Assembly (NCBI GenBank): GCA_043228905.1
Contig: JBHGNT010000010.1
Span: forward strand, 4,278,001 to 4,342,000
Source of the DNA: Azolla caroliniana
Taxonomy: Eukaryota > Plantae > Polypodiophyta
DNA: 64,000 nucleotides
Reading direction: 5' to 3'
Both the position numbers and the translations under genes were made by a program. Positions 11,735-27,600 of this stretch are shown here, piece by piece; within the stretch, counting starts at the first letter, position 1; every line of letters starts with the position of its first letter. The notes below the pieces were generated by a model. That model did no database searches, was not told where the DNA came from, and saw only the letters and a program-made list of their open reading frames with translations.

Positions 11735-14700
11735 TCAACTTTGCTTTTTTCCCTTGGAGAGATCAACCAGATCCTTAAACAAAACATCATTTTTCACTTC
11801 CTTCTTTGGGATACCGTGTGTCCGAAACATAGTGTAATCATCAGCCCCTGAAGTGTATTCTGTCAGTTGAGGTGCTGGATAAAAACCATGAGGTCTTTGC
11901 AATGAAACGCTTTGCACTTGTCCAGATATGCCAGCATATTGGAACTGCAACTGTTGTTGATCTTGTGGCAATACAACAGAATTTCCATTGAAGTCCAAGT
12001 TCTGTGAATTTGTCACATTTTCAGTGCTCCATGGTGCAGGAGGTAAAGAGTGGCTAATAGGTTTTGAATCCATCATGCCTTGATTATATGCATATGAACC
12101 TGGACTTGAACTTTGTTCCTGTTGAGATTGAGATGGCATGTGTGGTTGTTGCAACTGAAGAGGAAACATGTACCCTTGAAAAGATGGAGGCTGTGATGAC
12201 ATGTTTGATAACTCTTTTACAGAAGGAAAATTAGGTTGCGATACATTAGATGATTGTGGAGTTCCATATGGGTAAGTCTGTTCAGCACCAAAGTGGATAG
12301 TTTCTTGTTGACTTAGAAATGACCCAGATGGATGAGGAAATATTTTATTTGTACCATACATCATGGTACCTTGTTGTGCACTTAATGAAGAACCACTTGA
12401 TAAACTACCGTTATAAATTAAAGCTGCTTGTTGTGAACTTAATGAAGAACCACTTGGTGGACAGCCACCATAAGTTAAAGCTGATTGCTGTGGACTCAAT
12501 GCAGAGCTGCCTGGATTAACGGTGGTCTGTTCATTACCAAATGTAGAGCCATTTGGATTAACAGTTTGATATGAACCTAGAGAAATTCCAGATGATGGTG
12601 GTGGTGCCCAAAGCAAAACATTAGTGTTATTTGTCTGCCCTGACAAACTACCAAACTGACTCTGAGATCCTCCATTCTGTTGCATGTAAATAACATCAGT
12701 TTCCTGGTGGAGGTCATGGATGACAGGAGGAGAGACACCCTGTCCGGTTTGGAATTCCAAATTGCTGGGGGCATTTGTTTCCCCTTCATAAGAAATTAAC
12801 GACACAGAATCCAGTGATTTCTGCACACTGGAAGAAACTATCAGAGGGGAATTGGCTTTACCCTGGAACATATCACCACTTAAAAGATCCATAGTTGGTG
12901 CGCTTGGACTTCCAAAAGATGTCTTGTTCAGCTGTTGATGAGATGTTGGTAAACCCATCTGAGAAACAGAAGTTGACTTCATCTTCAAAGATCTGCAGAA
13001 GTGGAATTTCTCAAATTTTTATCTGATACACATAAAATTTACTACTCTAAAAAATACTTGTTTTTTATTTCCCCAAATTGCCCAAGTCTTCATTACTTCC
13101 CTAACACCCTTGTTCAGCCCCCAATAGAGCGAAAAAGGGAATGCCACGACCATACAATTGCTCGATATCACCATATAATTGAGAAAAGGGTATGATTGAC
13201 AGTACACCTTACTGTTTAAATAGAATACACACTTGCTCTTTTGGGGAGTTGACCTACAGTACTTAGGGAAACAGGAGATATTTGGGAAAATAAAGAAAAA
13301 TGTTAAGGTATTTTTTGAGTTTCTGCCTGAAAGTTATAAAAATAAAATAAAAACTACGCCACAAAATAGACGTTATGGATGTGCATCCAAATAGCATGTA
13401 CTACTCCCACCTTCAACCACCTTGCAAATCTAGAAGCTGTCTTTTTATTATTCAAATCCTCCAAGACAATCATACACCATGGTCACATTTAATGGCTAAC
13501 AAAACTTTTTTACCTGTGTGTAAGTTGTGATAGCAGATTATCCGAATCATCTTGTGCCAGATTATCGACCAGAAGGGGCGGTGCTGTAGCAGGTTCCTGT
13601 GGCAGATGAACGCCTGATTCAATGGTATCAAGTTTTACAAGTACCTTTTTCAAATCATCATTTAAAGCTAAGCCTTGTCGTAGTAGTTCTTCATTGCTGT
13701 CATCAAAGAACCCCACATCATGAGCACAAAGAAACTTTCAACTTTCTTGTATGAATTTTCATTCCAAACCTAAACTGCTTAATTAACTCAATGAAATTTC
13801 CAAGAGAAATCATCGGTTATGAGAGTTACACAATGCATCTGCAGGAAGTTTCCCCAAGCATGAAAACAATATGGTGTTTTCTGTCTACTTCAGATTGGCA
13901 TCACCTTTATTATGTAAGTTTAGTAAAAATGTATTAAACCAGACAATGAACCATATATAGTTACTAGTTTTAAAGCTTACAAAAGAAAGCACAAAAGCAA
14001 GAGTTGATTTAATAAGATAAGCAAAAACTTACACTGTTGAATTTACAAGCTGCATCAATCGTTTCTCAGCAGTCCGACATTGTTCTACAAGCTCCACAAT
14101 TACTTCATCTCGAAGAGCCTAGTACAGCATTAACCAATCAAACACCATTACAAACACGAAATAAATTTCTACCAATTTCTAATATCAAAGTCAAAGTAGA
14201 TTGCATGAGGCTTTTGAAGTGCAAATTACTTCACAGTTGTACAAAAACCACAAGGATAGAATACATTTTCATAGGCATTAGTGCTCCAGTTAGTAGAGAA
14301 AGCAATGACATGGAAACAGAAGTGTATCTAAAGATGAAGATGGATTTCAAACAATTACCCTAAAACCTAAGCTATGATTGGACATTGATGGGAAAAAGAG
14401 AACCAAATGTAAGGGTAGTCTCCATAATTTTCAAAACCCTCTTTCTTCAAGAAGTGATCCTTTTGCCATGACACCTCATACAGGAAAATATGTATTATAC
14501 ATGGATACAAATATTTATGTATTCATAATTTTATATTGATATACAAGGAAATTTAACTCGTTGTAATACCTAGATTCTAGACTGGGGAAACTCCCGTGTG
14601 AGGTGTGGTATTATGAGCAACAATTGAACCTATTTTATTTTTAAAATTTCCTTACTTCAGAGACCTCTCCATTCTGGATCGACCTATGCTAGAGATCTTT

Positions 14701-17700
14701 TGAAGACAAAAGTTATAATATATCTAACTTGAGAATCTCACATGTGCCGAAAACCAGATTCCCAGGTCTCTTTTTATTTTATTTACTTTTATATTTACTG
14801 AGTAATAGTTATTTTATTTTATTTTGATTTGTTGTTCTCAAAGACGAGACAACACTTAAGATGTAATCTCTTGTTTGGTCTTTTAGGCCATTTTGGCCTC
14901 TTAAAAGACATTAATATATCTTTCTTTCTTTCTTACTAAACATTGCCTTCACTAATGATATGCAAGTTTGGTAGTCTCAAACTCCCCTCTGTGAGCCGTG
15001 GCATTGCACGCAACAAGCCAACCTATTTTCTTTTGATGATTTCTTACTAATGGTGGGTATTCAATGTCTTCAACTCATTAGAAAATCTTGCCCAGTCCAT
15101 CTGATGGTAACTTGTAGAACATTTCAACTCATACAATCACTCAGATAGTTTAAACTCAAAAACTAAGTATTACTCATATTGAACCTGAAAAACACATTCT
15201 CTCAAAGCTAAAGGATTTCCTTCAGTTAACCTTGTACAAAACAATCAGCTACTAACAATTAAATCAAATATCCGCATTACTCATATTGAACCCAAAACCA
15301 CAGTCTCTCAAAGCTAAAGGATTTCCTTCAGTTAACCTAGTACATATCAACCTGCTACTAACAAATCAATAAAACCCAACAGGCAAATCAATAGCTTTAG
15401 AAATTATTAGGAAGTTATGAATACATAAAAGATAAGTGGGTTTCCAGCACACATATATGACAGTCTAGAATGATTTTAAAGTTGAGGTCCCTCATTAAAT
15501 GAATGCTCAAGCAATGATTTAAGAATTTGTGAATGCGTAAAAGATAAGAGGTGTTTCCAGCACACACATCAGGAAAGTCTAGAGCATTTTTAATGTTGAA
15601 GATTCTCCCATTCAATTTTGACATAAGACCTCAAAACTAAATTATAGCATATTAACAAAAGATATGCATAGAGACAGGTGAGTTAGAATAAGCAATCAGA
15701 AACCAAACTATTTCTACTATTTCATCAGCACAGTACCTGCTGATTTTTAGGATCTATTGCATTCAACATCTCTGCAAGCACTTCCATCCCACTCCGAGCA
15801 TTGTGTATATCTGCCAAGCTAAAGACAGTTGAAAGATCAAATTTTTGCATTAACACATACCAGAAATACATATAAAAAAAATGCTGAAATGCAATAGTGA
15901 TTCGAGTGACATAAGCATCAGTCAGCCCCCTTCCAATATAGCTTGGATTTTCCACATCTAGACATGACCAAAGTGGAAGAGAATATAGTGATCCAAACTG
16001 ATATTACCAACTTGGAAAACATAAAAACATGCATCAGCCCCATTACATGTCTTGGTAGGAAGAAGCCCACTATAAGACTTTTTACACCCATCACAAGATG
16101 GATTCCGATGCAGGATGGATTCATCATCAGACACTCTTATATGGACATATATCTATCCTATGTACCGCACAGTGTGATAGGGCAGCTGCGAACTTCTTCA
16201 CATCAGTTGGAGATTGCGGTAGGCAGATATGCCAGAATACCTATAGAAGAAAGAAATTGCCAATTGTGTCATCAGAGAGTGGAATCTGAAGAGCACTATG
16301 TTTGTCATCGTATGGTTTATTATGAAATAAGAGGGAGATACCATTGCATCTTCAAGTAAGGCTTCTGCCCACCATGCAATGTAATGGAATATGAGAACCA
16401 ACAAATGCTTAGCTTCCCATGCAATGCTTGGTTCTATGAAGAATGTGAGGCTCATCTCAAAATGTTGATGTTCGCAAAGATAAAAATAAAAAGTCCTGAC
16501 ATTGTGTCAATATCGAAGAATGGGGAGGAGAAAGAAGAGACAATATTATCAAATTCAAGAAAGAACGAAAATGAGCACATGATCAATCAAGCTTTAGACC
16601 AAAACATTCCATTGTTGATCACTTGGTTATAACTAAGAGTAATTATGGAAAAATGTTTGATTTCTAGGGAAAACACTATATTGTTGTTTTGTGGGCTTCA
16701 AGAAAGCCTTTGACATTGTACAACGGCAAAAGAATGATAGAGATCAGAATGTCAATGGAGTATGAGCAAGTTAGATGCCAATTGACCATGGATAGTGGTT
16801 TCTAGAAGCACTCCTTGGGCAACATGGGGATCAACCAAGGGTATCCACTCTCTCCCACACTCATTTGGTCTATGCATCGATAAACTAGAAGAAATAGTAA
16901 AATAAGGCTGCAAAAGAAGAAGGATTCGATGGCCCAAAACTCATGCAATCGCTTATTTTTATACTCCTATATGCCAATGATGTTGCATTATTTTCATATA
17001 CTTTGGATGATATGCGACGTATACTTGATTTATTGGAAACATTCTGTCAAATCAGTGAGCTAACTGTTAACATGAACAAAACAAAAAAAATATGGCCATA
17101 AAGGCAATACAACAAAGACATTACCTACTTTTATATATGAGGGCAATAACACTGGTGCAAAGCTTCAAATATCTTGCTATTCATGTCCCTTTGACAAATA
17201 GGTGGTATGTATGCTATGAGTCTAGATTTCACGTAGATAATCAATCCGACCAACGTGATACTCGAAGTTCGGAAGTGAGATTGAATGCTACAGTGGTGCT
17301 AGCCATAGCATTGAATAACATGCTATGGTCACACTATTAGAAACATGTGCTCAGCCCATGGAACTGCTACCCATGCAAAGATTATACAAATATATCACAA
17401 AAATCAAGAATATACCTGATCACAGATTCCCAAAACAGGCTTGATATATAGGATGCAAGGTACAAAAAACTAATAAGTGCAAAATCCTCTCATCTGGAGG
17501 GTCCTTGACAATATGAAAATGATTTAAAAGATGGGGAATAGAAACAAGACCTACTGGAGCTCTCAGGTGATGTTATGATGTATGTGATCATTGGGGATAG
17601 ATCATCACTAGAAGCACCAAGGATGATATTAAAAACATGTGCTCGACCCATGGAGCCACTAGCCATGCAAAGATTATACAAATATACACAAATTTCAACA

Positions 17701-20700
17701 ATATGCCTGATCACAGATTGCCAAAACAGGCTCGATACATAGGATGCAAGGTACAAAAAACTAATAAGAGCAAAATCCTCTCATCTGGCAGGATCCTTGA
17801 AAATATGAAAATGGTTTAAAAGACAGGGAATAGAAACAAGATCTAATGGAGCTCTCAGTGATGCTATGAAGTATGTGATTGTTGAGGATAGATCATCACT
17901 AGAAGCAGTAAGGATGCAGTGGCAAGATCTGAAAATGTCAAAATTGGAACATTACATTGCAAATGTTTAACCCTCAATGTTGGCCCCAATACAAGGCAAA
18001 AATGCTAGAACGTATCCAACCGCATCTTATTTCCTACCCCCATGAGCCTTGGCTCTCAAAGAGCCTTAACGCTTCCTAGGACTCGCTCACACAAGTTAGG
18101 TGACAATAAATAATCTATTATATGCAAGACTTGATGAATAGGTGGTCTACTTGTGGCGTTGTTCACTGTTGTAGATGATAAGGCTAGATGTTTTGGACAT
18201 TGAAACTTAGTTTAACACAAAAGTCACTGATATTTTAATAAAAGTTAATGTTCTTTTATGAAGATAATGAATTTTTCATAGCAAACCAATTTTACAGTCT
18301 GCATTAGGTTTTAAATATCATCCTATCATCATTTCATTAACTATGTCAGAATAAAATCCAAGAAACAAAATACTTTACAATTCAAATAAAACTTACATAC
18401 TATGCAATGCAGAGCAGAGAAACCAATATGAGGTTAATCAGACAGCTGTCAGTGTGATAAGACCTGATATTTTACCTTAAAACAGGCAAGTCAGATGACC
18501 TAGAGATATCTGACCCTGGAGTTGTATTGATTGGTGAGCGTTGTGGGGAAGTATTATTTGGTACAATAGGGTGTATTTGAGGTGGTGTCAAATTTGTATT
18601 TGCAGTATCAGTTCTCCTAGGGAATATGATGCCTGAACGCTGTAAGTTTGTCAAAAAATGCACAAAAATAGTTACAATGCACATGAATTCTCCATTAACC
18701 AAAAAACCAACACATGAAGATAAACGAAACACTCAGTATGAGTATTTCTGCATAATGTTATGTATTATGTTGATAAAATAACTAGCCACATACCCGCAAT
18801 TCATTATATGCAACAAAGTATTGCGGATATCTTCCATTTGGTCCACCAAACACCTCTTGCCACGAATCTAAAATCAGGAGGATTTTCTCTCTTACTTGGC
18901 TATCTTTCTGCAAAAGAGAATATATAGGCTCTTAGTAGACCAGTAACAGAGCCACAAAAGCACTGAGATTTTTTTCATAAAAGATATACCATTTGCAGTC
19001 TACTATTAGTTCCAAAATCAATTAGAATCTCCACACACTGATTCACAAGTTACTGAAAAACTCTAACGTAGCATGTAAACTGAAATTTTTCCAAGTACTA
19101 AGCCTTCATGTTCTTGGAAGCTCGATAGAAATTAATCACAATGTTCTATAAGTATTTCTTGGATTTAGAGAACAAAAAAGCATTTGTAATCCTGCTTATT
19201 GATGTTTATGTTTTAACCAACAATTTGGGCCATCAGCAAAGTTCTTCCCTGATAATAACATTGACCATGCAGGCTTCTATCTCAAAAATGTAATGATCAT
19301 AAACAAGGTCTTCGAAATTAAGTAATTTTAATTGGATTGAAATGTTGAACCTGTTCAAGTCATTTCCCATCAAAATGCTAATTAACTCAGCATACTTCTC
19401 AAAAAAACAATAATATTATTGTATCTCTGAATAGAAATAGAGTCAGGGAAAGCTTTGGGTTCACGGGGGCCTAAATTATACACCACAAGAAAGCATTGTC
19501 TACAACAAACTAGAAGTTTCTACAATAAGTGAAAGAAAAAGTAGAACTAATACAATATACCCATGAAATAGTAGGACATATCAATCAATAAAAACACATC
19601 TAAAAATGTACCTCGGACGACTTACATTCTTTTTTACTATTTTCACCATGTCATTCAAAATATCCCTTATAACAACTTGATGATGGATAGCATCACCACA
19701 ATGTTTCACCATAGTCTCTAGAAGCTGCAAAAGACAAAAAACGTTTAATTGGCTAACTGTGCAGCATAACAGGATCCAACAGCTGACCCAACCATTGCAC
19801 TCATAAGTGAGTCCTTTTATTATGACAGAGAGAAACACGACGTCATTCCAGCTTTACCCATTATATTGTTTATCTGTGTTTTGCTGGTTCATTAAAGCCT
19901 TATCTCTACATCAAAAAACGATGGCCAGGGTTGGCATACCACCAATAAGTTCAAGAACAGTCATATCATCTTGTGTTAACATCACATCTTTTACACTGTA
20001 ACTAACAAATGAAGCTATCATTCCTTATATTTTGATAAACATATAACTGCTAAAACCATGCAATGCATTTAACCACTTTACCACAGTAAGATTAATCAAT
20101 GGGTTCATTTGATTTCAAGTCTCATATACCAAGTTTTGTTCTAATGTATTTAAACATTAAAGTTGTCTTTTGAAAAAAACATGAGCAGACATGAGCCTTC
20201 AATCATAAATAATATACAAACATAAATACATTCATTCATATATACATGCATTCGTTCATAAATAACATGGGCATACATAAATGCATACATTCGAAGAAAA
20301 TGCTTTACAAAAGGCATCATGTAATTCTATCTTTCTTTGCTTTCATTTTGCAAATTCTGAAATGAGTACAGACTTGAGCAGAAAACCTAATTAGTTTTCA
20401 CATATCCAGTTTCATATTTATTAATAAAGCACATCTTAGCTAGTCTTATGTGGTTTGATTATTATGTAAGCATCTTTAGGGAATTTTCTGTTTCTTATGC
20501 TCATTTTTTTCTTTTTCTATTAGAAAAACAAGTTTTCCCAATCTATTAAAACCTTGCCTCTGCAACTTTCACATAAAATGTAAAAATTCACACCTACACC
20601 AATGAAAGGGATAGCTCTAAGAAGAATGAAGAAAACTAGAGACACTGAAATGACTGATTAAGAATGTTCAGTAAGAGCTCTTCTTCTTTTTGTTAAAAAT

Positions 20701-21877
20701 AGATCAAATTAAGAAGACTGTCTTTAATTACTTCCCTGCAATTACAGAATTAACTTTATAAACATGTGAGATGTACAATTTTCTGATGAGGTTCCCATGA
20801 TGCTGTACCATGAGAGTCAAAACTTGAATTTTCGGATTCTTGTTTGCCATCCGTTTCTTAACAGCTTTAATAGAGTGCTTTGCAAGCCTGCTTATAAACG
20901 ACATACACATTGGAAATGAATTTTCTAATTGAAAAGAAGAATAGTAAGTAAATGTGAATAGTGAAGTACAGCATCCTTCAAACTGAGTATGATGCAAAGG
21001 GGGTATCCAAAAGTTAACAAATTTTCTTCATTTTTTTAGATAAATTAAAAACCATTCAAAAGCATCATGTTACATAATGCATCAAAGAGTGGTAATTTCC
21101 CCATGTTCCATAGTGCAAAGAAGCAAGAAATATAATTGATGGAACAAACGATTATGAAGATTGAAGTATGTTATTGATGTGACCTTCCTAATGCATATGA
21201 TATTGTGATATGTCTCCTCGATGTATGTCTTCCTTGAAGGACTCGATACTTCGACCCAGTGAAGGGCAAAGAGAGTATCAAAAAATGACCTTTTTTACTC
21301 TAATGGATAAATAAAGCACTCTTTCAGAGACATCATGCTACATGATGCATCCAAGAAGCAGGTGAAGTTAGAAATATGTTAACTACGTGAGTTACTGACA
21401 ATCTTCTATCTTGCAGAAATGTAAAGTACTCTTGAAAGCATTATGTCGAAAATTTTGCGAAAAAAACAGGTGAATTATCAAAAATGCTATATACGTGAAC
21501 CAGGAGATACTCTCTCATAAAAAATGTGGTATTCTTTCAAAATTGTTCTGCTGCATGATGCAGAAATTCTCGAAGTTTCCATAGACAAAAAACAAGTGAA
21601 GTTTGAAAATTCGTGTCTGCAATATCTCAATGCGGACGTAAGCCTTAAACTCGGTATGGCACAGAATATAGTAGATGAATAGAAGTGTTCTCTTTTTTTC
21701 AATGGAATTGTGCAACTTTATGCATCAAATTAAATACAAATATGGAGAAAGGAGATCAAATTCGAATCAGATGTGGTACCCGGGATCGTTATTGATAAGG
21801 TTACAAAGCTCCATGTTCATGGCCCAGTCTGGACCACTTAGCATATCACTAGTCGCTCTATGCACGAGATTAGCCAT
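11735..21877 (-). CDS. TOL: TOM1-like (TOL) VHS-GAT domain protein, ESCRT-0-like ubiquitin adaptor (9 coding exons)
   Basis: Exons 21877-21780, 20887-20809, 19724-19626, 18907-18794, 18639-18476, 15818-15737, 14118-14033, 13696-13514, 12992-11735, GT-AG and phase-consistent. VHS: [74 protein letters not shown]: [40 protein letters not shown]-terminal LFKDLVD motif. Confidence 0.92.
15943..18110 (+). pseudogene. Degenerate non-LTR retrotransposon (LINE) fragments in TOL intron 5
   Basis: ORF 15943..16359 encodes [33 protein letters not shown], a LINE ORF2 C-terminal Cys/His region. Around 16950-17090 the sequence reads [29 protein letters not shown], an RT YADD-like motif. Many stops and frameshifts. 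A ~297-bp tandem duplication lies at ~17340-17930. Confidence 0.75.
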
Positions 21878-22377
21878 GGCGTTTTTCCTTCTTCTTTTTC
21901 TCAAAAGAGAGAGACCATAAATATAAGAAGATCGAAGGGAAACTATGTGTTGTGAGTTTCATGCAAGGATGGAGCACGAAGCATAAAAGGTCAGGTCCAG
22001 CCCTGCGGAAAAGAACAAAAGAAGAGGAGGAGATGAAGGAACTAAACGGAAAAAAAAGAAGAGATAGAACAGATCCGAGGATCGAAAGAAGAAGAAGAAG
22101 AAGAAAGGAACGGATCAAATAACAAAGGCATGACAACAGCAAGAGGAAACGCAAACTGTTTAGGCATACCTGTTTCAGAGAGGAGAAGAGATGCAGGAGG
22201 AGATTCGTGGCGAGCTGGAAGAGAAGAATCGATCGATCATGCAGGGCAGGAAGGAAAGAACTGACGATCGAAGAGCCGCCTCCATCGCGATTCGCAGGAC
22301 ACGCAGTCAAGCAGGCAGACAGACAGTGACACACAGACAGATGTATGACAAATTAATTCATTAATTAATATTTTAGT

Positions 22378-22770
<393 letters not shown>

Positions 22771-24029
22771 TTTCTGTCTGGCCCCTTTAGGCACCCATTT
22801 CCTTAGGTTATATGAAGTGGAGAAAGAATGGGCCAATGAGAGCATAATATGTGTGTTGTGTGTTGTGTGTTGTGTGTGTGTTGGTGGTGGTGTTACCACA
22901 TGGACCAAGAGCTCTTCCAAGGTATTATTTGTCTACCATATCAATCCCCAGCTTGTTCTAATGATGCACCTTTCAATACTAATTATTTAATAAAAAATTT
23001 AATAACATGAACAAATGGCTAGCTTGTTCTAATGATGCACCCTTCAATACTAATTATTTAATAAAAAATTAAATAACATGAACAAAATGGCTAATTACAA
23101 TGGATACCTATCAATATCTATCTCAACAAAGTCCAGAAAAAGGGTGCCATTACATCTCGTTAGAAATAAGTTAAAGAATTTCCATCGGTTGACAATGAAT
23201 AGTTATAATTAGTAGAAATCAACAAACCAATGCTAGGAGCTCGATTCTTTAGACATGCATAAAGTATAAAGAGCATGTGTTTATCTTGAGTTGGATCACT
23301 TATGTAACTATAGCACAAAGCATGCAAGCTTATTTAATACTATTTCATTTTGCTTGCATTATTGATACACTTCACTATTATACAAACAGAACCAATTCTA
23401 CAATGCGACTATGGGGTTTAGCTTTCTTTCTTATTGTTCTATTGCTCGATGATACGTTCTCTAAATGTGATATCGAACTTCAAAAATGGTGTGTAATTGT
23501 GATTTGTAACATTTATTGAAGAAATATCAATCAATAGATATTATTGTCGTATTCAAACGTCAAATATGACCTATCATACCAAAAAATATAATGTTCTCAC
23601 ATAATAAATGTGAAAAAGAGTAGTGTCTCTAAATGTTTGAAAACTTTATGAATGAACATTGTAATTCGGATTGCACATTGTTGCAACAAAGAGAAATTCA
23701 TGAAATTATTGGGTTGGGTCAAATATGTGTTGAAAAACATGGTTGAATGTGATCAAAGGGTAAACATTGTATCAAAGTGTGATACTCAAACTTCTTTGGG
23801 GGAAAATGTGCATGATTGGCTAGACTCATCATTTGCGCCTAAAAGTCTTGTCTCGAATTTAACCAATTTGAACTAGGTCATTTAGATGCGACGGTTGAAA
23901 TGGCAAACAATTTGATAGCCTCCGACATTTATTTATGCATACAATTTCCTATTCAATTAAGACTATGTTCTTGTAGTGAGATGTGACATATGTATATAAA
24001 GGGGTTTTAGATTGTATTTTCTTTGTCAT

Positions 24030-24673
24030 CTACGAGGAGCCCAAATTTGACTTATGGGATCGACTAAACATATCATTTTGTATGTGACTCCTTTTGAAGA
24101 TGGGAGTTCCTACTTTGTTGTAAAAACTCTCCATCTAAGTAGGAACCCCCATCTTCACATTTGTGCACACCCTTCTTGACGGAGACATGAGGACGGCACA
24201 TAATCATAATATCCATCTAACAAGTCATCGTACTTCTTGTGCATTGCCTTGTATTCCCAACATTCCAAAAAACAAGCTTGGAACATAGGGTGCATGGTAC
24301 AAAAAACTAAGAAGAGAAAAACCATCTTATTTATGCTTGATATTATGAAATGGTTTACAAGACGGGGTGTAAATGATCTATTGGAACTCTCAAGTGATGC
24401 TACGAATATGTGGTTGTGGAGGTTAGATTAATCCAAGCAACAAGGATGAAGTGGCAAGATGTTGAAAATAGAATATTGCATTGCAAATGTTAACTTGGGC
24501 AATGTTGGCCCAATAAAAGGTAAAAATGCATTAATGTATCCAATCCACAAATCTTCACTATCAAAGAGCCTTAAGACATGTTTGAACCTGCTCACACAAA
24601 TTAAGTGTCAAGGTAGCATCATGGCATCATCACCCAAATACAAGTATGTGCAATGAAAACCTAATGGAGGATG
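24030..24673. pseudogene. LINE relics of the family found in TOL intron 5; host of the Gypsy insertion
   Basis: 24270-24600 resembles 17430-18100 (e.g. GGTACAAAAAACTAA, GGA(A/G)CTCTCA, GTGGCAAGAT, TTGCAAATGTT, AAAGAGCCTTAA). It continues after the Gypsy at 31713-31950. Confidence 0.65.
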
Positions 24674-27600
24674 TGTTAAGAGTCTATTACTAATCAATAG
24701 ACCAAATCAAGTAAAAAGGAAGAAAATAGATTGGATAGAAGAACCCGTTCCACCCGACCACCCCCGAGCTATGATCTAGACATAGCCAACCTACCACCGA
24801 CGTCCCATACCGCCGGATATTAGGATGACTAATACCTTGGAAGAGATAAACACGATCGTCGAGACGAAAGCCTAGCCCGCACCACCGGTGTCTACGACAG
24901 CAGCCTTCCGACGTGATCCCTATGAGGGTAGCTAAGCCTCATATTTATACCTTTTCCTAGGCCCCTTGAATAGATGTGCCTTTCTAAAAGGCTCTCTATT
25001 CATTGGTTGTCTAAATCATGATAGTGCATGCACATATCATTCATTCTATCCAATCATTAGTCCCCTTTTTAATAATAGTGAACATACCCTTCACTAATGT
25101 AAATATTAGTGACCTACCCTCACCAACGTTATGTGTACATAACATACTCCCCTACTTCAAAAGATTGCACTCTTGCAATATAAAGTGAGGAAATTGTGCC
25201 TTAAGCGAATGCTCGCGTTCCCATGTGGCATCATCAATAGGTTTATCCATCCATTTGATCTTGAATAGCCGAATCTCTTTAGAACGTAAACGTTTAGTAC
25301 GAGAATCAAGAATTCGTTCAGGAACATGAGGTTTGTAAGAAAAATCCTCTAATGTTACAAGATCTTGGATTGTGATGGTGTTATCACCAGAGCCTAAAAA
25401 TGGTTTTAGACGACTGACGTGAAAAACAGGATGAATACCAACGTTACGAGGTAAGGCAAGGTGATAAGCAGATGACCCAACTCGCTTAAGGATTTCAAAT
25501 GGGCCACAATATCGTGGGGCTAACTTAGCGCACTTGCCCGTAGATAATGACGTAGAATCAGTCGGGACACGCAAAAAAACTTTTTGACCAATAGTAAATG
25601 CACGAGGACGTCTATCCTGATCAGCATAAAATCGAGCACGATCTTGAGCTGTCTTGACATTTTCTTTGGCAATATGCAACATTTGGTTCATGTCTTGCAA
25701 AAAATTGCGTGTACTGTCTAATGTATCACGATGAATCGTGACATCAACTGGGGCACGTGGCTGAAAACCATACATCAACATAAAAGGACTATATCCAGTG
25801 GATGTATGTTTAGAGCTATTATAGGCAAATTCTAAGATAGGAAGGTATTGCTCCCACTTAGAAGGGGTTTTTGCTACATAAGCTCGAAGCATGTCCTCAA
25901 TAATTTGATTAACTCGTTCAGTTTGTCCATCAGACTGAGGATGATCTGCGGAACTCATGCTCAACGTAGTTTCTAGTTTCTTAAAGACCTGAGTCCAAAA
26001 GTCACTAGTAAACTTGGAATCTCGATCACTAACAATATCCATCGGTAATCCATAAAAACGAAATAACTCATCAACAAATTGATAAGCCAACTGTTGAGCA
26101 GTTACCGTGGTTTTTGTAGGAATAAATCTAGCTAATTTTGTTAGCCTGTCAACGACAACCCATATGGCATCATGACCCCTCTGTGTACGAGGTAAACTAA
26201 CAATAAAATCCATCGAGATACTTTCCCATTTATTGTTGGGAATATCTAAGGGATGTAAAAGACCAGCAGCTTTAAGTCGTTTCGACTTATTAATCTGACA
26301 TTGTAAGCATTGAGTTACGTATTTATGCACGTCAGAGCGCATCTTAGGCCAGAAAAAAGTACACGAGATGAGAACGAGTGTGCGTTGTATTCCAGGATGA
26401 CCAGCAGATGGTGCATCATGACATTCATGAAAAATTTTCTGTTTAACATTTGGTAAATCTGGAACACAGACCTTTCCACTACGGTAGAGCAAACCGTTTG
26501 TAATGTGAAAGGTCGCCTTCGAGGGTAGGGTGCTAGTATCGGCATCTAAACCAGATTCGGCTTTCGTCCAGTATTTTGAGAAATAACTATCATCAAGGTA
26601 TTTCCCTCGAAGGTGATCTAAAAGATCAGATTTTATTTCCGTGAAGCTAAGCATGTTAACTTCTTTAATGCGACTAAGAGCATCAGCAACGGTGTTCATA
26701 GAACCCTTGCGATATCGTATGGAAAAATCAAAATCTTGCATAAGGTCAGCCCAACGGCCTTTACGACCAACAAGATCGGGCTGGTCACAAAAATACTTTA
26801 ATGATTGATGGTCTGTTGTAACCACAAATTTATTTCCATAGAGATAGTGCCTCCATGTTTTAAGTGCGTGTATCACCGCAAACAACTCTTTCTCTTGAAC
26901 CGAATACCGAGATTGAGCAGCATCAAGCTTCTTACTTTCCAAAGCAATAGGGTGACCACCTTGATAAAGAACGGCACCAATAGCATAATCACTAGCATCA
27001 GTTTCAATTGAGAAAGGCTTAGAAGGGTCTGGTAATAGAAGAGTGGGAGCCTGACACACATGCTCCTTGAGTGTCTCAAATGATTTGTCAAGTTGTTCAT
27101 TCCATGAAATTGGTTTGACATACTTACGTGGATGACCTTTTAAAAGGTCAGTTAATGGCGTAGTCAATTTGGAATAGTTACGAATTGATTTTCGTAAAAA
27201 TCCAACAAACCCTAAGAATGATCTAAGTTCACGAATATTACGAGGAATGGGCCAAAGTTTAACCTTTTCAATACGAGAAGGTTCAATTTCAACGCCATTT
27301 TCTGTAATTAAATGACCTAGGTACACAATAGATTTTTGGAAGAAGTCACATTTTGAATGTTTTGCATAGAAAGAGTTGTCACGCAACTTTCGCAAAACAA
27401 ATCGAACATGTTGAACATGATCTTGCAAGGTACGGCTATATATCAAAATATCATCCAAGAAGACGACAACAAAATCACCGAGTTGATCTCGGAAACATCA
27501 TTCATCGCTTGTTGGAATGTGGCTGGAGCATTAGTCAACCCAAATGGCATGACTAAAAACTCATAATGGCCATAGCGCGTACGAAAAGCGGTTTTAGGAA

